DNA of 64,000 nucleotides from Candidatus Woesearchaeota archaeon (GCA_016927245.1 JAFGNA010000017.1:17242-81241), one strand, 5' to 3'; positions 1-8,997 are shown, counted from the stretch's first letter. Made by a program: numbers and translations. The notes: generated by a model not told the origin, from the sequence alone.

Positions 1-1
1 C

Positions 2-226
2 GCGAGGACCGGCATCATCGCCGAGGGCATGGGCGTCGACCACGCGCACGTCAAGCTGTTCCCTCTGATCGGGACGAAACCTGGAGAGGAGTGGGAACCG
101 AATCTCTCCAAGATAACGACCTATTTCGACAAGTACGAAGGTTATATCTCGAGCCATGACAGCGGGCGCGCCGATGACAAGGAACTCGCGGCGCTCGCCA
201 AGCAGATATGGGAGGCGAACGACTAA
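2..226 (+). CDS. HIT family nucleotide hydrolase (5' partial)
   Basis: Frame is open from the window start; GVDHAHVKLFP resembles the HIT histidine-triad motif region. Confidence 0.7.
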   Translation, partial: ARTGIIAEGMGVDHAHVKLFPLIGTKPGEEWEPNLSKITTYFDKYEGYISSHDSGRADDKELAALAKQIWEAND

Positions 227-444
227 TGGATGAAGGACAAGAATTCGACCCGGCGCGGTTTCAGGCGTTGGAGGAGGTCGTGTATCACACGAGCCATGTG
301 TTGGAGATGGTGATGCAGTTGTTGGTGGACAAGGGCTACTTCACGGAGGAGGAGTTGGTGAAGAAGATGGAGGAGTTCGTCGAGCATGAGGACACGGAAG
401 AGGTGGGGTATGATGCTGATGCGCCTCGCGACCGTGACGAATGA
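226..444 (+). CDS. small acidic hypothetical protein
   Basis: ATG overlaps the upstream TAA (TAATG); GGAGG upstream; host-like codons. Confidence 0.65.
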   Translation: MDEGQEFDPARFQALEEVVYHTSHVLEMVMQLLVDKGYFTEEELVKKMEEFVEHEDTEEVGYDADAPRDRDE

Positions 445-670
445 CGTCCGTTGTTCCCGGAGATACCAATGGACAGGCGGGGGCGGCAGGTTTTAATCGC
501 TTCTCCGCTTCCTGTTGGTGATGGTTATTTATTGTGTCGACGGCCGTTTCTTGGACGGCGCCAAGCAGGACGCCGCGCGCGAGGAGGTCTTTCGTGCCGT
601 GTGCGATGAGCTTGATGGCGTCCTCTCGCGGTATGGGTGTGTCCGTACTAGTCTTGGTTCGTGGGTGCAT
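341..670 (-). CDS. hypothetical protein (uncertain)
   Basis: Fills the gap downstream of acylphosphatase on the same strand, but overlaps the previous gene by about 100 bp. Confidence 0.3.
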   Translation of the reverse strand: MHPRTKTSTDTPIPREDAIKLIAHGTKDLLARGVLLGAVQETAVDTINNHHQQEAEKRLKPAAPACPLVSPGTTDVIRHGREAHQHHTPPLPCPHARRTPPSSSPTPPP

Positions 671-716
671 GTCGGTGCGGATGCCGTGTTCTGCTGCTCT
701 GCTTTGCCGCGTAGCC

Positions 717-986
717 CTAGGGCCTGATGGCGAATTCCTTGAAGAGGAAGTTGGGGATCTCGTCCTCTACGGTGACGTTGCTCACCGTCGCCTCTGTCGG
801 TCCTTCGTGGCAGAGCTCGATGAAGAGCTCGATGGCGCCGTCTTCTCCTTCAGCGACGACTTCGACGCCGCCTTCGATGTTGCGTACGTACCCGTTGATG
901 CCGAGCCGGTCCGCGTGCCGTTTGAGGAATGTGCGGAAGCCTACTGCGAGGACGGTGCCGTCAATGTAGATGTGGACTTTGCGCAT
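717..986 (-). CDS. acyP: acylphosphatase
   Basis: VGFR...GYVRN..G.VEVVAEG...HEGP signature, 89 aa. Confidence 0.9.
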   Translation of the reverse strand: MRKVHIYIDGTVLAVGFRTFLKRHADRLGINGYVRNIEGGVEVVAEGEDGAIELFIELCHEGPTEATVSNVTVEDEIPNFLFKEFAIRP

Positions 987-1046
987 GTTGGTTTTTTCTG
1001 GTGCGGGCCGTTATTTATAGTTTTCGTCTTGGGAAACAGTTAAATA

Positions 1047-1577
1047 ATGGTTGTTTTTTCCTTGCCTTTGATGGATGGTTCTCGGTTGCGTGTGGTGGAG
1101 CGTGGCATCCGCAAGGGCTTCGCGAAGATTAAGGGTGAGCTTGACGATCACCTTGACGGCATCAATCGTAACGCGACTGAGATGCAGTCCTTGTTCGATT
1201 ACCTTGTTGAGTTAGAGGGGAAGCTGGACAAGTTGCATGAGCGCTTGGACTCGGTGGAGCTGGCTGTCCGCGAGCCGGCTGGTCGTGGCGTGGTCGCGCC
1301 GTTGTCGTATCGTGAGCAGGAGGTCTTCTTGGTGTTGTATACGTCGGAGTTGCCGGTCTCTGCTTCTGCGGTCGCTGCCCGTCTCGGGTTGTCTGAGGAG
1401 GTGGTTCGTCACGTGGTCGCTTGCTTGGTGTCGAAGGGCGTTCCTCTTTTGCGGCAGGTGCGTGGTGGTGAGGTTATGTTCTCTTTGGAGTTGCGGTTCA
1501 AGGATGCGCAGGCGAGGGGCAATCTTGTGCGGATTGATGAGCGTGTTTCTGCGTTGTGGGCGCAGAACAGTTCATGA
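1047..1577 (+). CDS. coiled-coil plus winged-HTH DNA-binding protein
   Basis: N-terminal heptads (KIKGELDDHLDGINRN); C-terminal LSYREQEVFLVLY...AVAARLGLSEEVVRHVVACLVSKGVP HTH; start may be 1071. Confidence 0.75.
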   Translation: MVVFSLPLMDGSRLRVVERGIRKGFAKIKGELDDHLDGINRNATEMQSLFDYLVELEGKLDKLHERLDSVELAVREPAGRGVVAPLSYREQEVFLVLYTSELPVSASAVAARLGLSEEVVRHVVACLVSKGVPLLRQVRGGEVMFSLELRFKDAQARGNLVRIDERVSALWAQNSS

Positions 1578-1813
1578 AGCATATTTTTTCGTTTTTGCTT
1601 ATTATTTCTAGAATTATGTTTGTATAAAATTTTTTAGCAGAAACTAAAGTTTTTATACTTATTATTTTTTATTGCTTGACCAATATATTGTTTAACCAAT
1701 AAATAAGTCATTTTGCTTTTTCTAAAATTTTTGAGCAAAAAGAAAAAGTACTCGCTTACTTTTTTTCTTGCGCATTCTAGAAAGATTTTTAAAAACCAAC
1801 CACTAAGGAACAA

Positions 1814-2296
1814 ATGACTGTGCTCGACGACGGCGACAAGCAAGAAGCCACCAACATCCAAGAAGAGGAAGCCATGAGCGCCAAGATGTACGGCGAACTC
1901 ACGCGCCTATCAGGAGAAGGAAAAGCGCTCAGGAAAGAGTTCAAGCAACTCCTCAAGATCGGGAAGAAGCTCAGGAACATCATCGCCGCGAAAGAGAAGG
2001 AGAACAAGGGCCGGCTCGAGCAGATAAAGCGGTTGCAGCAGCAACTCACCAAGGAATCCGTCAAGGACATCCAGGCAATGACCAGGCGCCTCCAAGAAGA
2101 GAAGCGGCAAGAGAGCGGCCTCTCCAAGGAAGAGGCGCTTGTCCTCAAAAGCATGCTCGACGAGCTCAAACACACCTACCAGCACGGCAATGACATCATC
2201 GCCGCGGACAAGAAACTGTACGAGCTGATTAGGGATTTGTACGCCAAGGACCTGGAAGACTTCCAACTAGAGGTTGCTGAGATTGAGAAAGGGTGA
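1814..2296 (+). CDS. coiled-coil hypothetical protein
   Basis: K/E/L-rich helical ORF, host-like codons. Confidence 0.75.
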   Translation: MTVLDDGDKQEATNIQEEEAMSAKMYGELTRLSGEGKALRKEFKQLLKIGKKLRNIIAAKEKENKGRLEQIKRLQQQLTKESVKDIQAMTRRLQEEKRQESGLSKEEALVLKSMLDELKHTYQHGNDIIAADKKLYELIRDLYAKDLEDFQLEVAEIEKG

Positions 2297-2634
2297 ACGC
2301 CTTGCATCCACTGCTCATTGTCATCCTCATCATCGCCCACGCCTGTTATTGCTACATCACAGGCATCAAGGGCCTGGTGCGCAAAATCATCCATTTCAGG
2401 CCCATGATCGTGTTTCCCTTCATCGGCGCAGCGGCGGGCGGAACGTACACCTACACAGGCAAGCAGGCGTTCGGGCCGAGCATCATCAGCCTCTTCGCCG
2501 GCAGCATCATCCCCCTCCTCATCGGGCTCGCGATGATGAACCGGGACGCCGCGGCATATTTTGTCCTCCCCATCATCGCGTTGCTCGCCGCGAGCACAAT
2601 CATCTATCATTTCCATGCGCGCAAGAAGGCATGA
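2293..2634 (+). CDS. small membrane protein
   Basis: About four hydrophobic segments; GTGA overlap with the upstream stop. Confidence 0.7.
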   Translation: MNALHPLLIVILIIAHACYCYITGIKGLVRKIIHFRPMIVFPFIGAAAGGTYTYTGKQAFGPSIISLFAGSIIPLLIGLAMMNRDAAAYFVLPIIALLAASTIIYHFHARKKA

Positions 2635-2697
2635 TTTATCCTCGCAACCCTAGTTTTTCCGCCAGAATAAGGCAACCACTAATTCTTTTTTAAATAA

Positions 2698-2725
2698 GCA
2701 ACGCATAATGTATATTACGCGCAAT
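2698..2725. other. dif: dif-like Xer recombination site
   Basis: GCAACGCATAA-TGTATA-TTACGCGCAAT: 11-6-11 layout, spacer identical to E. coli dif, left arm 8/11 identical to the E. coli XerC arm, 42 bp upstream of a Xer gene. Confidence 0.7.
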
Positions 2726-2767
2726 AAAGGTAAAGTATATAAGGAAAAGGCCTAAAAAGAAGCAGTC

Positions 2768-3571
2768 ATGGACCGATTGCGCACCGAACTGGAGCTCCGC
2801 GGATATTCTGACGCGACCAAGAAGAAATATCTCAAGTACAATGCAGACCTCCTAAAACTCATCGGCAAGCAAGCGGACGACATCAACAAGGACGACATCA
2901 AGAAATACTTGGCCTATTTGGTTGGAACAAAAAAGACGGCAGCTCGATCAGTGAATCTTGCCCGCGCAGCCCTGCTTTTCTTTCACAATCAAGTATTAGA
3001 AAAGAGCATCTCGGGCGTGAATGTGCCGAAAGTCCAGAAATCGCTGCCATCCGTGCTGACGAAAGAAGAAGTCATCTCATTGATAACGGCCGCGAAGACC
3101 AGGAAAAGCAGTTTCATCATCCAACTATTATATGGTACGGGGGTTCGCGTCTCAGAATTATGTGCTTTGAAGCGTTCTGATCTCGAACTACAGCAAGGCA
3201 CGGGGTGGGTGCGCTCAGGCAAAGGAGGGAAGGACCGCATGATTCTCCTACCGCAAGAACTCTATAAGGAATTGGAGCGGAAAACCCCTCAGAGTTTTGT
3301 TTTGGAAGGGAAGAATGGTCCCTTGTCACCTCGGACCGTGCAGGAAGTGGTGAAGAATGCTGCGAAACGGGCTAAAATAGCTAAGAAAGTCACGCCGCAC
3401 ACGCTCAGGCACAGTTTCGCGACGCACCTGCTCGAAGCAGGGAACGACATCAGGATAATCCAAGAGCTGTTGGGACACGCCAATCTGCAGACCACGCAGA
3501 TCTACACGCATGTCAGCAACGAGCGGAAGTTGCGCGTGCAGAACCCGTTGGACGCCCTCAACGACCGATAA
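2768..3571 (+). CDS. xerA: XerA-like tyrosine recombinase
   Basis: Catalytic motifs G.RVSEL, GKGGKDR, HTLRHSFATHLLE, LLGH, TTQIYTH; N-terminal SAM-like domain; no integron-integrase insertion. Confidence 0.9.
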   Translation: MDRLRTELELRGYSDATKKKYLKYNADLLKLIGKQADDINKDDIKKYLAYLVGTKKTAARSVNLARAALLFFHNQVLEKSISGVNVPKVQKSLPSVLTKEEVISLITAAKTRKSSFIIQLLYGTGVRVSELCALKRSDLELQQGTGWVRSGKGGKDRMILLPQELYKELERKTPQSFVLEGKNGPLSPRTVQEVVKNAAKRAKIAKKVTPHTLRHSFATHLLEAGNDIRIIQELLGHANLQTTQIYTHVSNERKLRVQNPLDALNDR

Positions 3572-3638
3572 GATTTAATAAGATTTATATACTATTTTCG
3601 TGTCCCTTGCCAGTTATCAAGTACGGGGGTGTGTATTC

Positions 3639-4013
3639 GTGGCAAAGAAGAGCAATCTGTGGGCGAAGATCGGCGTCTGGTCCTACGTGGTAGGGCTCGT
3701 GGTCGCTATCATCGTGGGCATCCTGGCGCAGTTCGGTGGCGCTTCCTCGATGACTGGGGGAACGGTCGCCTTGCTGGCCATACTCGGCACTGTCGTCGGC
3801 CTCTTGAACATCGGCGATGAGGAAGTGAACACGTTCCTCCTCGCGGCCGTCGCGTTCGTCGTGGCGAGCTCGGCTATGGCCTCGATATTCTCGGTCATGG
3901 GCGACTTGTTCAAGGGATTGGCGTTGTTCATGAGCGCTATCGTCGTCTTCACGGCTCCTGGGGCGCTCATCGTGGCGTTCAAGGCGTTGTACAACGTCGC
4001 GAAGAACGGGTAG
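3639..4013 (+). CDS. four-helix membrane protein
   Basis: Hydrophobic ORF with VGLLNI..EE...FL; GTG start after GGGGGTG. Confidence 0.75.
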   Translation: MAKKSNLWAKIGVWSYVVGLVVAIIVGILAQFGGASSMTGGTVALLAILGTVVGLLNIGDEEVNTFLLAAVAFVVASSAMASIFSVMGDLFKGLALFMSAIVVFTAPGALIVAFKALYNVAKNG

Positions 4014-4072
4014 CTGACCAGATTATTTTTTATTTTTTTCTAATGCTTGCTGTTCGTCAGGAGGAGGCGTTG

Positions 4073-4423
4073 CTAGTGATTTCTGGCGCTTCTTCTCTTG
4101 AGTTGTCGCTGTTGCGAGTGCCTGATGCGGCTACGCAGGCCTGCGAAGTATTTGGAGAAGTCTGCGTAGAGCGTCTTGAGCTCTGCTGTCCCTCTCAGCG
4201 TGAGGGAGTACATTTTCTTCCTGCCGAATTGCTCGAAGCTGACAAGCCCGTGCTTGCGGAGTTCCTTGAGGGCGGGGTAGATGGTGCCTGGTGTCAACGG
4301 TCCTGTTCCTTTGCGTTTTCCTATCTTCTTAGCCAGGTCCTCGCCGCACAGGCTCTTCCTCTTGAGCTCGTGCAGGATGAGGAAGCTGAGGAATCCTTTG
4401 AGGTCGAGGAATTTCGATACCAT
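4073..4423 (-). CDS. PadR family transcriptional regulator
   Basis: GFLSFLILHEL...PGTIYPALKEL...GRKKMYSLT.RG. Confidence 0.9.
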   Translation of the reverse strand: MVSKFLDLKGFLSFLILHELKRKSLCGEDLAKKIGKRKGTGPLTPGTIYPALKELRKHGLVSFEQFGRKKMYSLTLRGTAELKTLYADFSKYFAGLRSRIRHSQQRQLKRRSARNH

Positions 4424-4752
4424 CGCTTGCTCGTACCGCCTGAATTATTTAAATCTTTCGTTATTTATTGGTTCTCCTATTTATTGGTGATACAATAGAA
4501 AAGACCGAAACAACAGCAATAAAATGATTAAGCTATGCTAAAAAACTCTAGAAAGAATGGTGTTGGAAAACACCAAGCAAAAAACCAAAAGAAGAAAACC
4601 AAATGAACAAAGCAAGAACCAACAAGAAGACAAGAAGAACAGAAAGACACCAACAAAAACCCTACGATCCCCGACGAGAACACCTATAGAAAACTTTATA
4701 AACTTCTGCGTCGAGTGCAAACACCACCATTAGTGGCACGCGAGGCACAGCG

Positions 4753-5988
4753 ATGGAAAAAGGCCTAAAAAGACAACTACTCATTACCCTATCCCTCACC
4801 CTCACAGGACTGCCCCTCGCCACAGCGGCCAGAACCGGCATCCAACCACTCAACGGCGTCCTCGAACTCATCAGCAGCGTGTTCTACCCCTCAGCAATCC
4901 TCAACAACACAACCCTCAGGATAGGCTTCTTCAAAGCACTCTACTTCTTCCTCATCTTCGCCGTCGTCAACATCATCCTCAAAAAAGCGAAAGTGTTCCA
5001 AGGGGACGACAACTCGAAAAGAGGAGCCACGGTCGCGGCCGCCGTCTTCGCACTCATCGCCGCGTTCTTCATGCCAGCGCAAGCGTCCGAAGGGCTCGCA
5101 GGGTTCATCGTCACCATCTTCACCCTCATCGCACCCGTAGGGCTCGCAGGATTCCTCGCCTACTACTCCATGGCCAAGCTCAAGAAAGACTGGATCCAAC
5201 ACCTCTTCGGCCTCATCCTCCTCTTCGTCAGCTCCTTCATCATCAGCTGGACCATGGGCGCCATCCCCACGATGCGCGTCGCGCAAGACCTCACAGACAC
5301 CATACTCTCCTACGCATTGCTCGCCATCAACATCCTCATCATCATCAAGCTCATACAGCTCATCAGCGCAGCGTTCAAAGGCGTCAAGCTCCCCAGCATC
5401 CGCCCAGGTGGCGGAGGTGACGGCGGCGGGGGCGGCGGAGAAAGGCCAGAACGGCCACCGAAAGAACCAGCAACCATCATGGTCCGCGTGCTCAGCGCCG
5501 ACAACCAACCTTTGCCCGAGACCATTGTCGAATGGGTGCGGCGGCGACGCGTCAAGGCACGCGACATCACCAACGCGCAAGGAAATGCCCCTACCTCAGG
5601 CCAGCCATTTAGCCTTCACCCCGTGAAGCACACGCTGCGCTGCACTTACCGCCTTGGTGACCATCAAGAATTCGTCCCGACCCAGAACAATACGCTCGAA
5701 GACGGTCACACCGTCATCCTCAAGCAGAACTTCAGCCTCCGACGAGGGGACAACGGCACCATCACCATAATCCTTGGTGTCAGGCAGCGAGGAGAAGGAG
5801 GAGAAGACGGCGGAGACGAGGACTTCTGCCCCCGCATCACCAACCTCAGGCTCATCCAACCAGAAGTGCTCCGCGCAGAAGCAGTCATAGACGCCCAGGA
5901 AGCACAGCTCGACGTGCAAGGAGCGGAGCAAGACGTGCGACAAGCGACCGTGGAAGGACCACCAGCACAAGGGGGTGAGCGACCATAG
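4753..5988 (+). CDS. multi-pass membrane protein with Gly/Pro linker and C-terminal beta-rich domain
   Basis: Signal-like N-terminus, about five TM segments, GGGGDGGGGGG linker, beta-strand-like tail. Confidence 0.8.
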   Translation: MEKGLKRQLLITLSLTLTGLPLATAARTGIQPLNGVLELISSVFYPSAILNNTTLRIGFFKALYFFLIFAVVNIILKKAKVFQGDDNSKRGATVAAAVFALIAAFFMPAQASEGLAGFIVTIFTLIAPVGLAGFLAYYSMAKLKKDWIQHLFGLILLFVSSFIISWTMGAIPTMRVAQDLTDTILSYALLAINILIIIKLIQLISAAFKGVKLPSIRPGGGGDGGGGGGERPERPPKEPATIMVRVLSADNQPLPETIVEWVRRRRVKARDITNAQGNAPTSGQPFSLHPVKHTLRCTYRLGDHQEFVPTQNNTLEDGHTVILKQNFSLRRGDNGTITIILGVRQRGEGGEDGGDEDFCPRITNLRLIQPEVLRAEAVIDAQEAQLDVQGAEQDVRQATVEGPPAQGGERP

Positions 5989-7448
5989 CGAAAGAGCAGC
6001 CCCAAAGACGAGAAACGAAGCAGGAGAAGGTACCTGCCTGGTTCTTCACCACGTGGTGGGCGCTCAAGGACGCCGCCACGGCGCGCAAGCTCCAGCACGA
6101 CAAGACCTATCCGACCCAAGAAGCATCACCCATGCAAGCAAGGGCCACGCCCAAAGAACCGACTGGCGACTTCTTCAAGCCGGCGAGCGGCACGCCCATA
6201 GGGATACGCCTCGGACAGGACGGCATCGCGCACGCGCACGAACCCCTCGCCAGGGACATCGCCTATCCCCAGGCGCTCCAAGCATCCCACCCGTTCATCG
6301 CGTTCGGCATCGCGCACGTCGCGCAGCAAGAGCTAGAGAAGCTCAAGGACATCAAGCACATCAACGACATCCAAGGACTCGACCCGACCAACCTGGAATG
6401 GCACTGGGCCTACGAGCGCATAGACCAAGGAGAAAACGAGGAGCACGGCCGCATCGCCGGGCGCGTCATCAACCAGACGATGGTAGCGGAGAAAGGCCTT
6501 GACCTTACCAAGCCCGCGGACATAAAACGGGCGATCGACGACCCCGCCCTTGGCGTCAAGCACCGCGAGGTACGTCTCTTCCTCCATAGCGAGAAGCACG
6601 CCTTCGACCACCAGCAATCCGACAAGCAAGGCATGTTCGTCTTCCTCCGCCTCCCTGTGAACAAGCAGCTCCAGCTCAGGACGGAGTACAACAAGAAGAC
6701 GTACACGCAAGTCATCCCCGCACGGCAAGAAGGCGTCGCGGAAGGCTACTTCACCATCGCCCCTGACAAGGTCAAGGTGTGCGTCATCGCCGTCCCCGGC
6801 CCGAAGGGCAAGCGGCCAAAGCAGCCTATCGACGAGCCGCAACTCGCCATAGGCGTAGGCACGCAGGAAGAACGCATCGACGCGCTCACCAAGCGCGTCG
6901 TCATGAGCGGGCTCAAGGGGTGCAAGGAGCACATCTACACGGAAGGGTCCGTCAAGCTCGACAAGGAACTCCTCGACATCATTGCCAAGGACGCCGGTCT
7001 GATAAGGAACATCTACTTCCTCGACCGGCAACACCCCTCGCTCGGCATCGCGAACATCGCGAACAACTTCTACGCGCAGAAATTCGCCATCGCCGGCGTC
7101 GCGTGCTTCCGCGCCGAGCACGAAGGGAACGTCCTGAAATCCGGCGACATCAAGGAGTTCGCGGAGCGCCAAAAAGCGTACGTCACCCTCGCGGAGAAGA
7201 CGACCATGCTCGCCCAGCTTCAAAAGGAGAAATCGTTCAACACTTCGATGCGGTTCTTCCCCCCGCCCGCACAAACGCACATCAAGGAGCGGCTCGAAAA
7301 AAAGTACCTGGGCGTGAACGTCGCCAGGGCCATGGAGACAGGCCTACGCAAGGAAGCCGAGGAGCTGGGAGCGTTGCTCAAGCAGCAGCTCGCGAAGACC
7401 AAGCATGACGAAACACCACCTGAAAAACCCGTAGGAGGTGATGCCTAG
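5985..7448 (+). CDS. hypothetical protein with possible beta-sandwich domain; probable ATA start at 5985 (first ATG at 6132)
   Basis: Frame open from 5979; GGGGTGA SD-like element precedes the ATA that overlaps the upstream TAG. Confidence 0.75.
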   Translation: MAKEQPQRRETKQEKVPAWFFTTWWALKDAATARKLQHDKTYPTQEASPMQARATPKEPTGDFFKPASGTPIGIRLGQDGIAHAHEPLARDIAYPQALQASHPFIAFGIAHVAQQELEKLKDIKHINDIQGLDPTNLEWHWAYERIDQGENEEHGRIAGRVINQTMVAEKGLDLTKPADIKRAIDDPALGVKHREVRLFLHSEKHAFDHQQSDKQGMFVFLRLPVNKQLQLRTEYNKKTYTQVIPARQEGVAEGYFTIAPDKVKVCVIAVPGPKGKRPKQPIDEPQLAIGVGTQEERIDALTKRVVMSGLKGCKEHIYTEGSVKLDKELLDIIAKDAGLIRNIYFLDRQHPSLGIANIANNFYAQKFAIAGVACFRAEHEGNVLKSGDIKEFAERQKAYVTLAEKTTMLAQLQKEKSFNTSMRFFPPPAQTHIKERLEKKYLGVNVARAMETGLRKEAEELGALLKQQLAKTKHDETPPEKPVGGDA

Positions 7449-8419
7449 TGGTGTTCGCCACGGCCAAGCTCAAGCTCGCCCACCTCTTCGTGAGCAGCAA
7501 GCGCCTCTCAAAGCATATGCTCAAGAACGAACGAGCAGCCACAATCATCCTCGAGCAACTCGAGAAAGACTACTACTCCTCGCTCAGGGAAGCGCTCCAG
7601 TACGGCAGCAACCCGCAAGCGCTCTGGCTCGCAGAACAGTTCTGCAAGCAGGCCTTGGAGTTCTCCTCTAAAGCGGTGTTCAGCGAGGAGCAGGAGAGCC
7701 TGCTCTACATCATGCGCAAGTACGGCACGTTCGAAGACCTCGCCAAAGACTTCAACAAGGATACCAAGAACTACCTCCAGAAGAGCGAAGTGAGCGAGCA
7801 GACCCAGCAGAAGATGCAGGCAGTGCTCAAGAACCTCGCTGGGGAGGAACAGAAGATACACGGCATCATCAGGACTATCTTCAAGGAGATACGGCACGAG
7901 AAGCGGGACAAGGAGCGGTTCAAGGAGAAGATCTTCAACCTGCGCCAAGAGGCAAACCTCAGGAAAGACCTCAAGGAGATGCGCCAGAAGAGCACCGCAG
8001 AACACCAATTCTCAGAGAAAGGAGAACACCTCCTCGACGACCTGGAAAAAGAGCTCAAGCACCTCAAAGGGGACGAGAAGGCCGCGGACATCGAGGCCAA
8101 GATAGGGAAGACTCTGGACGAGTTCGAACGCGTCGTCGTCAAGGATGAGGAGCTGCTCAACGAAGTCATCAATGACGCCGCGTACGTCATCAAGTACGCC
8201 CTGCACGAGTTCTTCCACTGCGAAGAACTTGTGGAGACGTATGAGCATTACTACTGGCAACTCTACACGCAAGGATTCCTCGCTGAGGAGACTGCGGCAA
8301 GGGCGAAACAACTGTTCAAGGAGCTCCATAACCGACTCGACCAAAAGACCAAGGAGACGTACCGCATCATCAGGAAGTATCGCAAGAGGGCGGGCAAAGA
8401 AGAGGTGGACGCACCATAA
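7448..8419 (+). CDS. long coiled-coil protein
   Basis: E/K/L-rich helical ORF; GGAGGTGA SD and start overlapping the upstream stop. Confidence 0.8.
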   Translation: MVFATAKLKLAHLFVSSKRLSKHMLKNERAATIILEQLEKDYYSSLREALQYGSNPQALWLAEQFCKQALEFSSKAVFSEEQESLLYIMRKYGTFEDLAKDFNKDTKNYLQKSEVSEQTQQKMQAVLKNLAGEEQKIHGIIRTIFKEIRHEKRDKERFKEKIFNLRQEANLRKDLKEMRQKSTAEHQFSEKGEHLLDDLEKELKHLKGDEKAADIEAKIGKTLDEFERVVVKDEELLNEVINDAAYVIKYALHEFFHCEELVETYEHYYWQLYTQGFLAEETAARAKQLFKELHNRLDQKTKETYRIIRKYRKRAGKEEVDAP

Positions 8420-8436
8420 CGAGGTGACTAGAGAAA

Positions 8437-8829
8437 ATGGCGCAATTCGACGAACCGAAAGGAAAGATAAGCATCATCGTAGGACTGATCGTACTGGCAC
8501 TGGCCGCTATCCCCTTGCTCAACGGGTGGGGCGTGATCGGTTTCAACCTGCCGGACTTCATCGTCAGCCTCATCCCAGCGGTCGCGATCTGGGCGTTGCC
8601 CGCGCTGGCGTTGTTCCTGTTCATCGACGCGGTGGACGAGGACGACGCCATCAAGACGCTGACCATCATCCTGGGTATCGTGTTCCTCATCGCCGGCGTC
8701 ATCCAGATCCTGAACAGCTTCGGCGTCCTCGGGTTCGGCATCCCTTTCCTGGGCAGGCCGGTCGTCGCCGAGATACTATTAGGTATTGAGGGGTTGTTCC
8801 TCATCATCGCCACGTTCGCGATGAACTGA
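8437..8829 (+). CDS. four-helix membrane protein
   Basis: Hydrophobic segments; GAGGTGA SD. Confidence 0.8.
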   Translation: MAQFDEPKGKISIIVGLIVLALAAIPLLNGWGVIGFNLPDFIVSLIPAVAIWALPALALFLFIDAVDEDDAIKTLTIILGIVFLIAGVIQILNSFGVLGFGIPFLGRPVVAEILLGIEGLFLIIATFAMN

Positions 8830-8842
8830 AACACCCACCCTG

Positions 8843-8857
8843 ATTTTTTTTTTCTTT
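8843..8857 (+). terminator. oligo-T archaeal terminator
   Basis: T10 tract just after the 8437-8829 stop. Confidence 0.5.
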
Positions 8858-8865
8858 GCCCGGTA

Positions 8866-8997
8866 TTAGATTCCCTGTTGCACGGAACACACCCATTGCG
8901 TGACGAGGTACACGCCGAGCGCGAGCAGTATTGCCCCGAGTATCACGACCACGAGCGCGTTGGCCGACAGTTCCAAAGATCCTCGTCTCAGCAACAT
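8866..8997 (-). CDS. 43-aa class III signal peptide (pilin-like) microprotein
   Basis: MLLRRG/SLELSANALVVVILGAILLALGVYLVTQWVCSVQQGI; TGATG coupling to the upstream stop; not in the ORF track. Confidence 0.65.
   Translation of the reverse strand: MLLRRGSLELSANALVVVILGAILLALGVYLVTQWVCSVQQGI

Noticed and set aside
2768-3571. Integron integrase
   Set aside because: The C-terminal box resembles IntI, but the IntI-specific insertion before HxLRH is absent and no attC-like cassette array is visible; XerA with dif fits better.
4538-4720. 60-aa hydrophobic ORF on the minus strand
   Set aside because: It is a by-product of the low-complexity A/C-rich tract, with no supporting expression signals.
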